Shown: in pieces, positions 62,189-64,000 of the stretch
Position numbering within the stretch: the stretch's first letter is position 1
How the letters are laid out: every line of letters starts with the position of its first letter
NCBI GenBank assembly: GCA_963817895.1
Contig: CAWFQB010000004.1
Location: forward strand, 768,001 to 832,000
Direction of reading: 5' to 3'
Origin: an uncultured Chthonomonadaceae bacterium
GTDB taxonomy: Bacteria > Armatimonadota > Chthonomonadetes > Chthonomonadales > Chthonomonadaceae
Length of the DNA: 64,000 nucleotides
The notes under the pieces: generated by a model
Seen by the model: only the letters and a program-made list of their open reading frames with translations
Databases searched by the model: none
What the model was told of the DNA's origin: nothing
Translations under genes and position numbers: made by a program

Positions 62189-63571
62189 ATGCCAATCACT
62201 CGAATGTTGCCCGGCACGATTGAGCGGATTCGCGCCATGCTCGGTCAGGGCGGGCGTACGCTCGAACTCGTCTGCGCTGACAACGCTGTTGCGCGATCTG
62301 CACCCGTCCGACATCGCCTTTGTTCTGGACGAACTGACGCTGCCCGAATCACTGGCGATCTTCAATCTGCTGGACGTGCCGACTGCGGCAGACGCGCTGG
62401 ACGAGGTTTCGCCCGATACCAACCGCTATCTGGTCCATAACACGCCCCGTGACCGCATTGTGTCCCTGCTGGACATTCTGCCGATGGACGACGCGGCGGA
62501 ACTGGTTGCGGAACTGTCCTCGGAGAAGGGCGAAGACCCCAATCGCCTGCTTGCCGGTTTGCCGTCTGAGGATGCCCGCGAAGTGCAGGAACTGCTGTCG
62601 TACAAAGAGGATACGGCAGGACGGCTGATGACCGACAAGTTCCTGAGCGCAACCGCGCAAATGACGGCTGCGCAAACCATAGACAAGGTGCGGCGCGAAG
62701 GCCGCAATGTGGAAACGCCGTATGTTATCTATGTCGTCAATGGCGGCGGGCGCTTGTCGGGCGTTTGTTCGCTGCGCGACGTACTGACAGCGGGACAGGA
62801 ACAGCCGCTTTCCGCCCTGATGAACCCGGAACCGATTACGGTTGCGCCCGATACGGATCAGCAGGAAGTGGCGCGGCTGATTTCGCAATACGATCTGCTT
62901 GCCATTCCTGTCGTCCATGCGGAAGGCCGACTGCTCGGCATTGTCACCGTGGATGACGTAATTGACGTTCTTGTCGAGGAGTTCAACGAGGACTATCTGA
63001 AACTGGTCGGTTCGGATGCGGAGGAGATGGATCGCCGGACGCCCATGCAGGTGGCGAAATTGCGCCTGCCCTGGCTGATGGGAACCATGCTCATCGAACT
63101 GGGCGCGGGCGTGGTGATTTCGCACTATCGACGACGTGCTGAAAAAGATCATTCTGCTGGCCTCGTTTATGCCCGTGATTTCGGCCATTTCGGGCAATGT
63201 CGGCTTACAGGCGGCGGCCATCATCGTGCGCGGCCTGGATACGGGACACGTCAGCATTGATAACGTCTGGAAGCCGGTCATAAAGGAACTGACAACCTCG
63301 GTCATCATGGCGATAGTCTGCGGAATTGGTACTGGGACTGGTGGGCGTCTTCTGGTCGCATCGCATCCCGTTCGGCATCGTGATTGGCGGGGCCATGACG
63401 TGTTCCATGCTCACGGCGGGATTTATGGGAACCGTAATCCCGATGCTGTCCAAGAAGTTCGGCTTCGATCCCGCCGCCACTGCCGGCCCGTTCGAGACGG
63501 CCTTTCAGGATGTGATCGGTTTCGCCGTCTTCCTGTGGCTGGCCTCCCTGCTGCTGAACTGGCTGCAATAG
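62189..63571 (+). CDS. mgtE: Magnesium transporter MgtE (frameshifts near 62270, 63128 and 63325)
   Basis: LHPSDIA, TAGRLMT, CBS pair GIVTVDDVIDV, RLPWL, GNVGLQA, DPAATAGPF.T..QD. Confidence 0.92.
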
Positions 63572-63802
63572 GAGTTTAACCACGGGGAACACGGGGAGAA
63601 AAGCAGAGGAGAGGACTCTGAAAATTATTCGCGCTGATACAGGAGGAGAAAAGTTTAGCCGCAAATACACGCGAATACACGCAAATGGGAGGCAGGGGCG
63701 TTTTGATGCTCTGGTGAGTTAGTCCGCGTTGAGTTGAAAACGCCCTGTTCTGCCTGCGCGATAAAATGCGGCAAAACAGGGCGTTCTGATGTTTGGGACT
63801 GT

Positions 63803-64000
63803 TCAGGTGGGTGGGCCAAGACTGAGCAGAAGTTCTACAAGAGTAGCAACGCCTTCCGCGCAAAGACATTCGTGTAGTGGTTTGTTATGTTCACGGGCAG
63901 TCTTCGCCAGATTATGCGCCCGTTCAATCGCAATTGGCGTTCGTTCTTTGAGCCAATCAAAATAGAGAATATCGCTTTTTTGTAGTTCTTGATATACTTT
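63803..64000 (-). CDS. 3' end of a gene entering from the right edge; weak resemblance to RloB-like C-termini
   Basis: Open frame ...WLKERTPIAIERAHNLAK...EGVATLVELLLSLGPPT*. Confidence 0.4.
   Translation of the reverse strand, partial: KVYQELQKSDILYFDWLKERTPIAIERAHNLAKTAREHNKPLHECLCAEGVATLVELLLSLGPPT

Overview
GC-rich bacterial chromosomal window with about 50 genes. No rRNA, tRNA, CRISPR array, integrase or transposase was seen. Gene content and repeat style suggest Armatimonadota or a similar lineage (inference only). About 20 otherwise intact genes carry single-base frameshifts, probably long-read indel errors, so split ORFs are merged here. Ordinary genes include an M16 peptidase pair, an MFS transporter, an ABC-F ATPase, an aldo/keto reductase, ispA, solA, thyX, a DapA-family gene, NatAB-like and sugar ABC genes, and mgtE. 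Most notable observations: (1) an ECF sigma factor coupled to an apparent anti-sigma domain fused to a PilB/GspE-type ATPase, followed by a stand-alone Clp-N protein; (2) three dispersed membrane/HEAT proteins that each end in a triple LLR(A/P/E) tail; (3) two AfsR/SARP-type regulators and four promoters sharing one direct-repeat/-10 geometry; (4) a HEPN plus BolA-like gene pair; (5) two cargo insertions flanked by duplicated host-gene ends (an Rpn C-terminal remnant; a C5-methyltransferase with a DUF3883 nuclease); (6) palindromic and short tandem repeats translated in frame inside proteins; (7) a long mgtE leader with a 6-codon uORF. All family calls come from motif recognition by eye, not database searches.
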